Below, piece after piece: positions 9,723 to 19,210 of a stretch of DNA of 30,211 nucleotides. This stretch comes from Candidatus Bipolaricaulia bacterium. GTDB taxonomy: Bacteria > Bipolaricaulota > Bipolaricaulia > JBHIAT01. Every line of letters starts with the position of its first letter. Position 1 is the stretch's first letter. The stretch covers positions 1-30,211 of the forward strand of contig JBHIAT010000024.1 of NCBI GenBank assembly GCA_046758705.1, written 5' to 3'. The position numbers and the translations under genes are program-made. The notes under the pieces were generated by a model, which saw only the letters and a list, made by a program, of their open reading frames with translations, did no database searches and was not told the DNA's origin.

Positions 9723-10109
9723 ATGAACAAAATACCGAATAGACTGATTAAGTGGGCATTGTTTACCGCAGGAACCTTTTTTACAGGACTCGGAATCCTT
9801 GGGATATTTCTGCCTCTTTTGCCTACCGCTCCCTTTCTGTTGCTTGCCGCTGCATGCTATGCTAGAAGTTCAGAAAGATTTTACAACTGGCTCTTAAATA
9901 ATAAATGGTTTGGCAATCAAATTAGAAATTATCTGGAAGGAAAGGGGGTTTCATTGAGATCAAAGGTCTCATTCATCTCTTTATTATGGATTACAACGAC
10001 ATTTTCGGCTGTTTTTATAGCTCCCATTTTTTTTGTCAAGATCATCCTGATTCTAGTCGCTTTTGGCGTTACCCTGCATCTTCTCTCCATTCCAACTTTA
10101 AAACGATGA
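9723..10109 (+). CDS. YbaN/DUF454 inner-membrane protein
   Basis: GIFLPLLPTAPFLLLAAACYARSSERFYNWLL signature. The gene is AT-rich. Confidence 0.9.
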   Translation: MNKIPNRLIKWALFTAGTFFTGLGILGIFLPLLPTAPFLLLAAACYARSSERFYNWLLNNKWFGNQIRNYLEGKGVSLRSKVSFISLLWITTTFSAVFIAPIFFVKIILILVAFGVTLHLLSIPTLKR

Positions 10110-10187
10110 ACCGGGAGTGATCAAAGATGCTTGAATTTGCGACCTGTTCCAGGGCGGGATATCATATCGAAGCAAAGGATTGCAACC

Positions 10188-10280
10188 ATGCAGCCGGAGA
10201 CCAAGTACACAAGGAGTGGTGACGTCAACATCGCCTATCAGGTGATCGGGGACGGTCCGCGGCTCGAATCGCCCAACTGA
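10188..10280 (+). pseudogene. N-terminal stub of an alpha/beta hydrolase (LipJ-like hydrolase-adenylate cyclase type)
   Basis: Reads MQPETKYTRSGDVNIAYQVIGDGP, the typical start of these hydrolases, then diverges and stops after 30 aa. Confidence 0.7.
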
Positions 10281-10322
10281 AACTGATCGACGAAGCTAAG
10301 ACAAAGCAACAGAGCATCTGAA

Positions 10323-11621
10323 ATGGCCACCCCGTATCTGCACACGCTACGTCTGTTCAGCCGAGACGTGCGCCTGTATCTGATCACCACGGTGCTGCTC
10401 GGTTTCACCATCTTTGGTGGCATCTATAGTGTGCTGCTCAACCTTTACCTGCTGCGCTTAGGCTACGGCCCAGAATTCGTCGGCCTGTTCAACGCGGTCG
10501 GTCTGCTGACCTTCGCTGTCTTTAGCCTGCCCGCCGGTGCGCTGGGCGGACGCTGGGGCAGCCGACGCACACTGATTGCCGGTCTGGGCCTGACCTCAGT
10601 GGGTTTAGGCGTGTTACCCCTAGCCGAGTTCATACCAAGCACCTTGCAGGCGGCCTGACTGCTGGCCACCGCTTTACCCAGAAATCTTGGTCTGGCCCTG
10701 TACATTGTCAATTCCAACCCGTTTTTGATGGGCGCCACCAGCCCGGAGGAGCGCAACCACGTCTATTCGATGCGAGACGCGCTTGTGCTCCTGGCCGCAT
10801 TCGCCGGCAGCCTGGTCGGCGGCCTGATGCCGGGACTGTTCGCGACAGCATTGGGCGTTTCCCCGGATCATCCGGCGGCTTACCGCTATCCGCTGGTTAT
10901 CGCCGCTGTGCTGCTCATCCCCGCTGTGCTGGCGATGTGGGCCACGCGTGAGGTCAGTGTCAGTGTCAGCACCAGTACCAGCGCCAATGCCGGAGACATG
11001 CAAGAGCCTGCACCTGAGGCAGATACGGCCCCGTTCGACCTGATCACTCTCCTGGCGTTGGTCGTACTGCTCCAGGTGGCGGGTGGGGGAGTGGCCCGCA
11101 TCTTCTTCAACGTTTACCTGGACGCAGGCCTGCATATACCCACGGCCCAGATCGGCGCACTGGCGGCCGCTGGCCAACTGCTGGCCGTGCCGGCTGCGCT
11201 GACCATGCCCCTGCTGGTGACACGCTGGGGTAAGAGCCGCACCTACGTTTTGGCGTCGTTTGGCATGGTCTTCAGTCTGCTGCCGCTGGCGCTCGTTCCC
11301 CATTGGGGCGCTGCAGGTCTCGGTTACATGGGCATCATCGCCCTGGCCGCGATCACGGGTCCGGCTTTTGGTGTCTATCACATGGAGATCGTGGCGCCGC
11401 GCTGGCGGGCGACCACGTCCGGGGCCACCACGATGGCGTTTGGACTGAGCTGGTCGGCGATGGCCCTGGGTGGCGGCTACATCATCACGGCTCTTGGCTA
11501 TCGCAGTCTGTTCCTGATAGGCACAGGTCTAACAGCAGCCGGCGCACTGCTCTTTTGGGTCTACTTCCACATGCCGCGCGGGGACCAAGCCCGTCGTTCT
11601 ACTCAAGACAAACCCAAGTAG
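10323..11621 (+). pseudogene. MFS transporter interrupted by a single in-frame TGA (10656-10658)
   Basis: ORFs 10323-10658 and 10725-11621 share one frame. Read-through gives ...LQAA*LLATALPRNLGLALYIVNSNPFLMGA..., a continuous ~432-aa MFS protein. Confidence 0.8.
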
Positions 11622-11716
11622 GCCAAACGGGCCTATAGCTCCAGGTCGATCGGCCTCATAGTTGAAATCAAGGGCTTTCTTGGTTTAGTATGAAGTGAGA
11701 AAACAGCGTCCTGAAA

Positions 11717-11817
11717 CGTAGGAAGGGCAGGCAGTAGTGAGGAATTCCTATCAAGATGCGCCCTCCTTACTGAGGATGTGTCTTGGGCTTCAGCCCCACT
11801 ACCCTGCCCTTCCTATG
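11717..11817. ncRNA. Candidate structured RNA or mobile-element non-coding end (rod-like hairpin)
   Basis: Three nested stems: a perfect 13-bp IR (11719-11731/11803-11815), a 9-bp stem (11734-11742/11794-11802) and an inner 14-bp stem with wobbles, with an internal loop. Minus-strand CATAAT at 11843-11838. Confidence 0.45.
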
Positions 11818-11996
11818 TCAGTTATCCTTCTCTCGATATTATGCCCAAATGTAGAGACCTTTCTTCTATGTGTTAAAACTCTAACAATCTATCCGTGAGA
11901 AGCATTGCGGCACTCCGACTTATCTATCCCTACGCCAAAATTTGCAGCCTCCCTTAAGAATAGGATATACTTGAGGTCAAAAGGGGGTAAAGAGAG

Positions 11997-12425
11997 ATGC
12001 CTAAGGGGGACGAAGAGATCATTAAATTCATGCAACAGACTCCGCTTTTCTCCCTTTGCAGCGAAAAGGAACTCAGAGGCCTCATCAAGACCGCCAAAGA
12101 GAAGGAGTTCACAGCGGGATCTCCCATCGTCAAGCAGGGGGATCGCGGAGTCGGGTTCTACCTCATCCTTGAGGGACAAGTGGATATCAAGCGTGGCGAC
12201 CGACTCCTGACCCAACGCGGAGCGGGGGACTTCTTCGGAGAGATGGCCCTGTTGGACGGGGGACCCCGTTCCGCCGATGTGATCGCCACCGAACCGACGA
12301 GATGTTTGGCATTGACCAAATGGGATCTGAGAGCCATCGTCAAATCCTACCCTGACGTCGCGTTGCACATGCTGGAGGAGTTATCTCGTCGTCTGCGGGC
12401 AACGGATCAGACGCTGACCGAATAA
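11997..12425 (+). CDS. Stand-alone cyclic-nucleotide-binding domain protein
   Basis: Phosphate-binding cassette GDFFGEMALLDGGPRSADV and C-helix. No HTH domain (142 aa). Confidence 0.9.
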   Translation: MPKGDEEIIKFMQQTPLFSLCSEKELRGLIKTAKEKEFTAGSPIVKQGDRGVGFYLILEGQVDIKRGDRLLTQRGAGDFFGEMALLDGGPRSADVIATEPTRCLALTKWDLRAIVKSYPDVALHMLEELSRRLRATDQTLTE

Positions 12426-12457
12426 GAGTAGCCCTGGGACCAGAAATGGCCTTCTCC

Positions 12458-12483
12458 AGGGGCACGGCATGCCGTACCCCTAC
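12458..12483 (-). repeat. GTAG-type REP palindrome
   Basis: Minus strand reads GTAGGGGTACGGCATGCCGTGCCCCT, a GTAG tetranucleotide plus near-perfect palindrome, lying between convergent genes. Confidence 0.7.
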
Positions 12484-12490
12484 TTCCATT

Positions 12491-14335
12491 CTATCGATAC
12501 ATCGCCTCAATCACGTCCTTGTATTCCTCCATCACCACACGCCGCTTGACTTTGAGCGTCGGCGTCATCATGCCGTTCTCAACGGTGAACTCGTCATCCA
12601 CTAATTTGAAGCAACTGATCTTCTCATAGTCGGCGAGTTCGCTGTAGTCGGCGAGTCTGCCGGAGAGCCGCTGAATCTCGTCGCGGAACAGGCGGTTCAC
12701 CTCGAGGTGCTCGGCAAGCTCGCCGGTGTCTTTGGAGTTGACACCGATGCCGTGGTTCTCGACCCAGTCCTTCACTTGTCCGAAGGCGGGCACGATCAGG
12801 GCACCGACATGCTTCTGATTGTCACCCACCAGGATGACTTGCGAGATGTACAGGCTTTCCTTGAATCGGTTCTCAATCGGCTGCGGTGCGACCTTCTTAC
12901 CGCCGGATAAAACAATGAGGTCTTTCATGCGGTCGGTGATCTTGAGGTAGCCGTCCTCATCGAACTTACCGATATCTCCGGTGTGAAACCAGCCGTCGTC
13001 GTCAATCGCTTCGGCGGTCTTGTCGGGCTTGTTGTAGTATCCCTGCATGACGTTGGGACCGCGTACCAGGATCTCGCCGTCGTCCCTCTCCTTATCAAAC
13101 TCGACGATATTCACTTCGACGTCTTTGACCGGCGGCCCGACGGTGCCAAACTTAATTCGGTGGGGACGGTTGACGGCGACCAGGGGCGAGGTCTCAGTGA
13201 GTCCGTAACCTTCCAGAATCTTCAGCCCGATCGCGTCGAAAAACTCCGCGGTATCCACCGGCAGCGGCGCACTGCCGCTGAGGAACAACTTGAGCCGGAT
13301 TAAGCCCAGTTGCTCTCGTACTTTGCTGAAGACGAGCCTATCGACAAGCCTCTCCTGGAGGGCAAGCAGAGGTGAAACACCCCGTCCCGTCTGCGTCCAC
13401 CTGGAGCGTCGCTTGCCAACCCACAGCGCCCAATGGAAGATCCCTTTCTTAATGGGTGACTCTTTGGCGATGTTGGCCAGAATCCCTGCCTGAAACAGCT
13501 CAAAGAAGCGCGGCACGAGTGTCATGTAGTGCGGCTTCACCTCGGTCATATTCTGCTTCACCCGACGCAAGTTCTGCACGTAAGCCACCATCGCACCGCA
13601 GCTGAGCGGCAAGTAGTGGTCCCCCAGTCGCCCCATGACGTGGTTGAGCGGAGCGATCGACAACAGCACATCGCCCGGTTGGTGGGTGAGAACATCCTGA
13701 GCGGCTTCGACGTTGGAGGCGAAGTTATGGTGAGACAGAATCGCACCCTTGGGGTCACCTGTCGTGCCCGAGGTGTAGATGATGCTGGCCCAATCGTCGG
13801 GTTGAACGCTGCGCCATCGTTGCTCATAGTCCGCATCACTGAGGGGTGAATCTTCGCCGTGCTGGATCACATCGTCGAAGGTTATCACGTCGTTGTCGGC
13901 ATCAGCGGGGCAATCCATCGTGATAATGCGCAACGCGGGCACCGCCTTCTTCACCTCAAGCGCCTTGGCCAACTGTCCTTTGCTGGAGACAAATACGATC
14001 TTCGATTCGGAATCCTCAACGATATACTGCACCTGTCCCGGGGGAAGCGTGGGGAAGATCGCCACGTTGATCGCGCCGATGTGCACCATACCGATGTCGG
14101 CGATCGCCCATTCGGGACGGTTCTCGGAGATGAGTGCGATGCGGTCGCCTTTCTCCACGCCCAATGCCACCAGTCCGCTGGCGAGCGCGCGTACCTTCTC
14201 ACCCATCTCGCGATAGGTGATAGCCTGATACTCACCCGCGCTTTTATTCTTCTTGCTGGAGAGCGCAGGGCTGTCGGCAAATTTCTGCACGCTCTTCTGG
14301 AACATCCAATTAAGCGTATCTGACATGGGTATCAT
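12491..14335 (-). CDS. Long-chain fatty-acid-CoA ligase (AMP-forming, FAA1 type)
   Basis: Motifs YTSGTTGDPKG, EGYGLTETSP, GEILVRGPNVMQGYY, GWFHTGDIG and TPTLKVKR. Alternative start at 14326. Confidence 0.93.
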   Translation of the reverse strand: MIPMSDTLNWMFQKSVQKFADSPALSSKKNKSAGEYQAITYREMGEKVRALASGLVALGVEKGDRIALISENRPEWAIADIGMVHIGAINVAIFPTLPPGQVQYIVEDSESKIVFVSSKGQLAKALEVKKAVPALRIITMDCPADADNDVITFDDVIQHGEDSPLSDADYEQRWRSVQPDDWASIIYTSGTTGDPKGAILSHHNFASNVEAAQDVLTHQPGDVLLSIAPLNHVMGRLGDHYLPLSCGAMVAYVQNLRRVKQNMTEVKPHYMTLVPRFFELFQAGILANIAKESPIKKGIFHWALWVGKRRSRWTQTGRGVSPLLALQERLVDRLVFSKVREQLGLIRLKLFLSGSAPLPVDTAEFFDAIGLKILEGYGLTETSPLVAVNRPHRIKFGTVGPPVKDVEVNIVEFDKERDDGEILVRGPNVMQGYYNKPDKTAEAIDDDGWFHTGDIGKFDEDGYLKITDRMKDLIVLSGGKKVAPQPIENRFKESLYISQVILVGDNQKHVGALIVPAFGQVKDWVENHGIGVNSKDTGELAEHLEVNRLFRDEIQRLSGRLADYSELADYEKISCFKLVDDEFTVENGMMTPTLKVKRRVVMEEYKDVIEAMYR

Positions 14336-14362
14336 TCCCTCCTTTCTTGATCATTTCAGCAC

Positions 14363-15667
14363 TCACCCCAATGACTCTATCGCCATCGTCAGATGTGACA
14401 TCTCATCCAGCATCTGCTGGACCGAAGACTCCAGTGATGTTGTCACCTGTTGAAGAGCGCCTCGCTTGTCGGTCTGGTAGTGGGGGAAGTAATCGCCCAG
14501 GTTGAGTGGCTTCCCGATTTTCATAACGGCCTTCCTTGGACCCCAGACCCTTCTCTTTTTGAATACTTCCACCTCTATCCTGCCTAGTACATCCAAAAAC
14601 CTCTCTGCCGTCATCGTCTCCCGGACGTAGCCGTCATAGATGGCGACAAAGTGTAGCACCCGCACAAGATCATCATAGAACGTTTGGGCTTCCTGCTGGC
14701 GGTCCTCGTATAACTCCCGCTCATACTCGGGGCCTTCCGACTCGCCATAGTTAATCCGGTCAAAGGCGTTAAACAGATCCCGAATGCGCCAGAGCATTGG
14801 CTGCTCAGGGCGCGTGAAAACGCCAAGCACCTCCTCGACCCGGGAGAGAATTACCTCCCGCACATGTTGGATCCGGTCATTTAAATCGGCATCCTGGGGT
14901 GGACGGACGCTGAATTTCTTCTCATTCGCGATCACTACGGCTTCGCCGATGCGACGGAGGCGGGCATAGCGGGTTAAGGGTTGAGATGGAGATGGGGAGG
15001 CGGATTTTGAAACCTTTGACAACAGTTTGTTCTCGAGGCGCTTAAGTGAACGCTCAATTTCGGGGCGCATGTCACGAAGGTAAACGTATTTGATGGCAAT
15101 CGGTACAAAGTAGAGCGGAGGCAGTTCGCCCTGCTTGACCAGATCGGCACACGTCCAAAATCCAAACTGCGCCACACCTTGCTGGAATGGCATGACGGTG
15201 TCGTTCTGCCAACAGATATCGCCTTCCGGGAAGATGACCAACCAGCGCTTGCCCTCCTTAAGCAGTTGGCAGGTCGCGCGGCAACAATCTCTGTCCACCG
15301 TGCCCCGTACAATGGAATATACCCCAAGTCGCTGCATGAGCCAGCCCCATGGGAATGGATGCTCAAAAACCTCCTTGGCCGCAAGGTAGTTGAACTCCTG
15401 GTCCAACAGCTTAGACAGGTGAAACAGAATGAGCGGCTCGGTCCCCGCCGAGTGGTTTGGCGTGAGGATGACCCGTTGCCCCTCAAGCTCTCTGAGACGT
15501 TCAAGATCCTCCTCGCTCACCTCCACCTCCACAACCTTTCGCGACCGCCGCATGATCAGCGGCAGCAGCCGCTTTGTCAGCCGGATAAGGAGCCGGTTGT
15601 TCTTAGGAGGGCGGAACGTGAACGGCTTGGACTTATCGGCAAGAAATTGTCTTCTCAGAGCCGACAT
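14363..15667 (-). CDS. PlsC-like glycerolipid acyltransferase with a C-terminal extension
   Basis: TPNHSAGTEP (HX4D/E block), LVIFPEG and VPIAIKY. Lies directly upstream of the ligase on the same strand. Confidence 0.85.
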   Translation of the reverse strand: MSALRRQFLADKSKPFTFRPPKNNRLLIRLTKRLLPLIMRRSRKVVEVEVSEEDLERLRELEGQRVILTPNHSAGTEPLILFHLSKLLDQEFNYLAAKEVFEHPFPWGWLMQRLGVYSIVRGTVDRDCCRATCQLLKEGKRWLVIFPEGDICWQNDTVMPFQQGVAQFGFWTCADLVKQGELPPLYFVPIAIKYVYLRDMRPEIERSLKRLENKLLSKVSKSASPSPSQPLTRYARLRRIGEAVVIANEKKFSVRPPQDADLNDRIQHVREVILSRVEEVLGVFTRPEQPMLWRIRDLFNAFDRINYGESEGPEYERELYEDRQQEAQTFYDDLVRVLHFVAIYDGYVRETMTAERFLDVLGRIEVEVFKKRRVWGPRKAVMKIGKPLNLGDYFPHYQTDKRGALQQVTTSLESSVQQMLDEMSHLTMAIESLG

Positions 15668-16002
15668 GGCAATCCCCCCCGTTTTGATATGGTGCTCTGT
15701 GAGGACATAAGTCAGAGTGTATGATGACGAAAGTCAACCGAAGAGTTGATTTTTACCACATTAGCATCTTTAACATCTATTTGTCAATCGGCCAACTGAC
15801 CGATAGGGTGGCATTTACCATGAGCCTCCTCCTTGCCTTCACACAGGCTGGAGAAAGTATACCTTGCGAATGTTGCAAAATTGTTGACGCAATTGTTGAT
15901 CGTGAAGGCCCCATGGGGCAGAGCTTCTCGAAATACAAAACTCTTGAAACCGACATCAAGATAAACTACCATAACCACAGGAGATAGAAAGGCAATCCGC
16001 CG

Positions 16003-17628
16003 ATGGGCCAACAGGAACACACGTTTGAGGCAAACATCCCGAAAAAGGTTCGCTTGAACTATCTCCTCTTCCTGCCCAAAAGCTATGGGGCAAACCCCCA
16101 GAAGAAATGGCCCCTGATCCTCTTCCTTCATGGAATACGAGAATGGGGTAACAACTTGGAGCTCGTGAAGCGGTACGGCATCGCGAAGGTGGCAGAAGGA
16201 CAACAGGACTTTCCATTTATCACCGTCTCTCCACAGTGTCCCAAATACTCATGGTGGACCACCAAGGTCGAAGCACTGAATGCGTTGCTGGATGAGGTCG
16301 TGACCACATACGCGGTGGATACAGACCGTCTCTACTTGACGGGGTTTAGTATGGGAGGATATGGCACGTGGCATCTCGCGACGGCCTATCCGGAGCGGTT
16401 TGCCGCGATCGCGCCCGTCTGTGGCGGCGGTGACTCTAAGCAGGCATGCGCTCTCAAAGACCTCCCCGTATGGGCGTTTCACGGTGCGAAAGATCGCGTC
16501 GTCCGTCTCAGAGTGTCCCAAAAGATGGTCAGTGCACTGAAAGCCTGCGGTGGCAACGTTCGCTTCACCGTCTATACCGACATCGGTCATGACGACGCTT
16601 CGACACAGACATACGAAAACCCGGAGCTCTACGAATGGTTTCTCAAATACACACGGCAAAGGAGGCAGATGATGCGAACAAGAAAATTAGGCTGGACCGA
16701 TCTGAACCTATCGACGATTGGATTGGGCACGTGGGCAATCGGAGGTGGCGATTGGGAGTTCGGTTGGGGACCCCAAGATGATCAAGAGTCGATTGCGACC
16801 ATCCGACGTACTCTGGAACTGGGAATCAACTGGATAGACACCGCTCCCGCCTACGGACTCGGTCACTCTGAAGAAGTGGTGGGCAAAGCGATCAAAGGAT
16901 TAAAGGATAAACCGATCATTGCAACCAAGTGCGGCCTGGTTTGGGACCAAGATGGGGAGATATTCAATCGCCTGAAGCAAGCGAGCATCCGTTCTGAGGT
17001 CGAGGCCAGCTTGAGGAGGCTCCAAATCGATGTGATTGACCTCTACCAGATCCATTGGCCGGATCCTGATGAAGACGTTGAGGAAGCCTGGGGGACCATC
17101 GCCGATTTGGTCAAAGAAGGCAAGGTTCGCTACGCTGGGGCATCCAATTTTAGTGTGGAACAACTCAAACGGGTCCAATCGATCCATCCAGTTGCCTCGC
17201 TGCAATCCCCGTACAGCATGCTCAGGCGCGGCATCGAAGCAGAGCTTCTCGATTACTGTGCGGCAAACGATATCGGGGTCATCCCCTACAGTCCCATGCA
17301 AAAGGGGCTGCTCACCGGAAAATTTACCCGGGAACGTGCGCAGAATTTGCCTGAGAATGACCACCGACGTGAAGACCCGCGCTTTCATGAACCTGAGTTA
17401 AGTGCCAATCTCGAACTGGTGGAAAACTTGAGCGCGATGGCCGAAAAGCACGGTCGAACGGTAGCCCAGTTGGCAATAGCGTGGGTGTTGCAGCGTCCTG
17501 AGATCACAGCGGCGATCGTGGGAGCAAGACGTCCATCCCAGATTGAGGAGACCGTCGTTGCCGGAGATTGGATGCTCACTCAGGAGGATCTTGACGCCAT
17601 CGAAAAGCTCCTGGCCAAACGTCAATAA
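16003..17628 (+). CDS. In-frame fusion: alpha/beta-hydrolase (phospholipase/carboxylesterase-peptidase type) + aldo/keto reductase
   Basis: N-half: LFLHG, SPQCP, TGFSMGG (GxSxG), AFHGAKD, GH. C-half from 16669/16672: GLGTWAIGG, DTAPAYG, TKCG, DLYQIHWP, YSPM. Internal SD GGAGG at 16661-16665. Confidence 0.85.
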   Translation: MGQQEHTFEANIPKKVRLNYLLFLPKSYGANPQKKWPLILFLHGIREWGNNLELVKRYGIAKVAEGQQDFPFITVSPQCPKYSWWTTKVEALNALLDEVVTTYAVDTDRLYLTGFSMGGYGTWHLATAYPERFAAIAPVCGGGDSKQACALKDLPVWAFHGAKDRVVRLRVSQKMVSALKACGGNVRFTVYTDIGHDDASTQTYENPELYEWFLKYTRQRRQMMRTRKLGWTDLNLSTIGLGTWAIGGGDWEFGWGPQDDQESIATIRRTLELGINWIDTAPAYGLGHSEEVVGKAIKGLKDKPIIATKCGLVWDQDGEIFNRLKQASIRSEVEASLRRLQIDVIDLYQIHWPDPDEDVEEAWGTIADLVKEGKVRYAGASNFSVEQLKRVQSIHPVASLQSPYSMLRRGIEAELLDYCAANDIGVIPYSPMQKGLLTGKFTRERAQNLPENDHRREDPRFHEPELSANLELVENLSAMAEKHGRTVAQLAIAWVLQRPEITAAIVGARRPSQIEETVVAGDWMLTQEDLDAIEKLLAKRQ

Positions 17629-17643
17629 GATGGAACATTTGAA

Positions 17644-18261
17644 ATGAAAAAGACATTAGCATTAGTTTTTACATTGGCCTTTCTGTTGATCTTCCCATTC
17701 ATCGGTTATGCCGATTCGCCGATTACGTCCACCCCTTTTTCTGATGCTTATTTGGATATTGGGATAGTTAAAAAGGCAAAGACAGACGGGGTCATGAGTT
17801 TAGAAATTGCAGAGTATCTTTCTTCTCCAGCCAATCCGGTGGATATCAAGGCGGCCGTGATCAATGCGCTTTCTTGGCAATTCGAGGGGAAGAACAATGC
17901 GACCCTATACAGTTACTATTTAGCCTTAAAGTACCGCAGGCCTTTAGAAGGTTTAGACATGGATATGCTCACTGGTGACGAGATATTCAGTTTGGGGTAT
18001 TTGACGGTCATGGACGACTACTTCCATCCCGAGAAGGCGGTACCGTTACTTGAGAGGGCCAAGGAGAGGCTAAGAGATAGCTTGACGGTTTCGATGATTC
18101 TAGCGCTTGCCAAGGCGCAAGCGGCCATGTCTTCTGACTGGTGTGAAGTGTGGGAGCTTACCGAGGAAGTCACACGCAACGAGAAGCTCAAGCAGGATTT
18201 ACGTTGGCGGGCACGGAAGATCATTTTAGCCTACATGGTCTTATACAGAGATTACTGCTAA
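17644..18261 (+). CDS. Secreted hypothetical protein
   Basis: Signal peptide MKKTLALVFTLAFLLIFPFIGYA, followed by DSPITSTPF. Clean 205-aa ORF. Confidence 0.75.
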   Translation: MKKTLALVFTLAFLLIFPFIGYADSPITSTPFSDAYLDIGIVKKAKTDGVMSLEIAEYLSSPANPVDIKAAVINALSWQFEGKNNATLYSYYLALKYRRPLEGLDMDMLTGDEIFSLGYLTVMDDYFHPEKAVPLLERAKERLRDSLTVSMILALAKAQAAMSSDWCEVWELTEEVTRNEKLKQDLRWRARKIILAYMVLYRDYC

Positions 18262-18322
18262 CAGTGCCCGGTTAGCCCGGATCGGATCGGCTATCATAGC
18301 TCTGGAGAAAGGAGGAATCCCA

Positions 18323-19078
18323 TTGAGTGCGCACGCAGATCGAGATCAAGCCATCGATGAGCTTATCGAGGCCCTGCGTGATGAGGACAAGCGCATGCGC
18401 GAACAAGCCGCTCGAGCACTTATTGAAATCGGTTCTGACGCAACCCCTGACCTGATCAAAACACTCCGGGATGAGAACTGGCGCGTGCGGCATAACGCCA
18501 CCTGGGTGCTGGGGGAGATCAGAGATTCCAGAGCAGTCCCTGCCTTGACCAAAATGCTGGAGGATAAGGAGCCATCCGTGCGCCGAGCCGCCGATAAAGC
18601 CCTGAAGAAGATCCCTGCTGATAAGGTGCTATCGACTTCTTCTCAATGGGAACCCAGTTCTCCAGAGCCATCCACCCCGGATTTGGGGAGGATGGATGTT
18701 TTGACCCTCATGCTTCTCACATTTGTCACTCTAGGCTTTTATATTCCCGTTTGGTTCCTTACGAAGAAGCGAGTGATAAACTCATTATCTTCGACAGAAA
18801 AATTGGGTTCAGGCGCACCTATATTTGCCCTCGTGCTTTATGGCATAGCCCCGATTGTTTCGATTGCTTTTGCAACTACAGATCCCTCTGCCCTCAATGC
18901 ACTCGGTTCGCTCCTCTCTCTGGTCGGGGAAATTATAACGATTGTACTTACATTTAAAGTTCGTCGCATATTCAACGCACATTTCAACACTTTTCTGGAA
19001 AGAAACATAAGATTTTCACGTTTATGGACATTGTCCTTCACAATACTTTATTTACAATACAAGATCAACAGATTTTGA
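18323..19078 (+). CDS. HEAT/PBS-lyase repeat protein fused to a DUF4234-like membrane domain
   Basis: Three L-x-D-x-x-x-x-V/M-R-x-x-A-A repeats, a Ser/Pro linker, LLTFVTLGFYIPVWF and a terminal YLQYKIN. SD AAGGAGG precedes a TTG start. Confidence 0.75.
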   Translation: MSAHADRDQAIDELIEALRDEDKRMREQAARALIEIGSDATPDLIKTLRDENWRVRHNATWVLGEIRDSRAVPALTKMLEDKEPSVRRAADKALKKIPADKVLSTSSQWEPSSPEPSTPDLGRMDVLTLMLLTFVTLGFYIPVWFLTKKRVINSLSSTEKLGSGAPIFALVLYGIAPIVSIAFATTDPSALNALGSLLSLVGEIITIVLTFKVRRIFNAHFNTFLERNIRFSRLWTLSFTILYLQYKINRF

Positions 19079-19210
19079 TTGATGTAGTAGACCGTTCCGT
19101 CCGGTGGGGTAGGACGTTTGTCTTACGGAAAGAGAAACCTACCGAGAAAGTTGCGTTCCAGGTGGTTCTGGGTATATCCTGAGACAAAAGAACAAAGGAA
19201 GGACAGCCCA

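Noticed and set aside
10656..10658. Selenocysteine or alternative genetic code at the MFS in-frame TGA
   Set aside because: The context is a TM segment with no redox motif or evident SECIS, and TGA is a normal stop in many other genes here.
10953..10985. GTCAGT/ACCAGT microrepeat as a phase-variation tract
   Set aside because: These are in-frame hexamers coding a VSVSVSTSTS loop, with few units and no frameshift potential.
2849..11381. Long antisense ORFs (e.g. 2849-3583, 6250-6996, 7190-7876, 10674-11381)
   Set aside because: These are shadow frames opposite well-supported GC-rich genes and show no recognisable motifs.
11796..11804. TnpB guide (CCACTACCC) targeting the 11.7-kb hairpin
   Set aside because: The match is only 9 nt and does not include the guide's 5' seed, so it is consistent with chance.
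11997..12425. cNMP protein as the regulator binding the TGTAA-N6-TTACA sites
   Set aside because: It has no HTH domain.
9685..18280. Integron cassette array (GTCTAAT at ~9687, CTCTAAC at ~11879, GCTAAC...GTTAGC at 18257-18276)
   Set aside because: There are no complete attC sites with paired R and L boxes, gene orientations are mixed, and no IntI is present.
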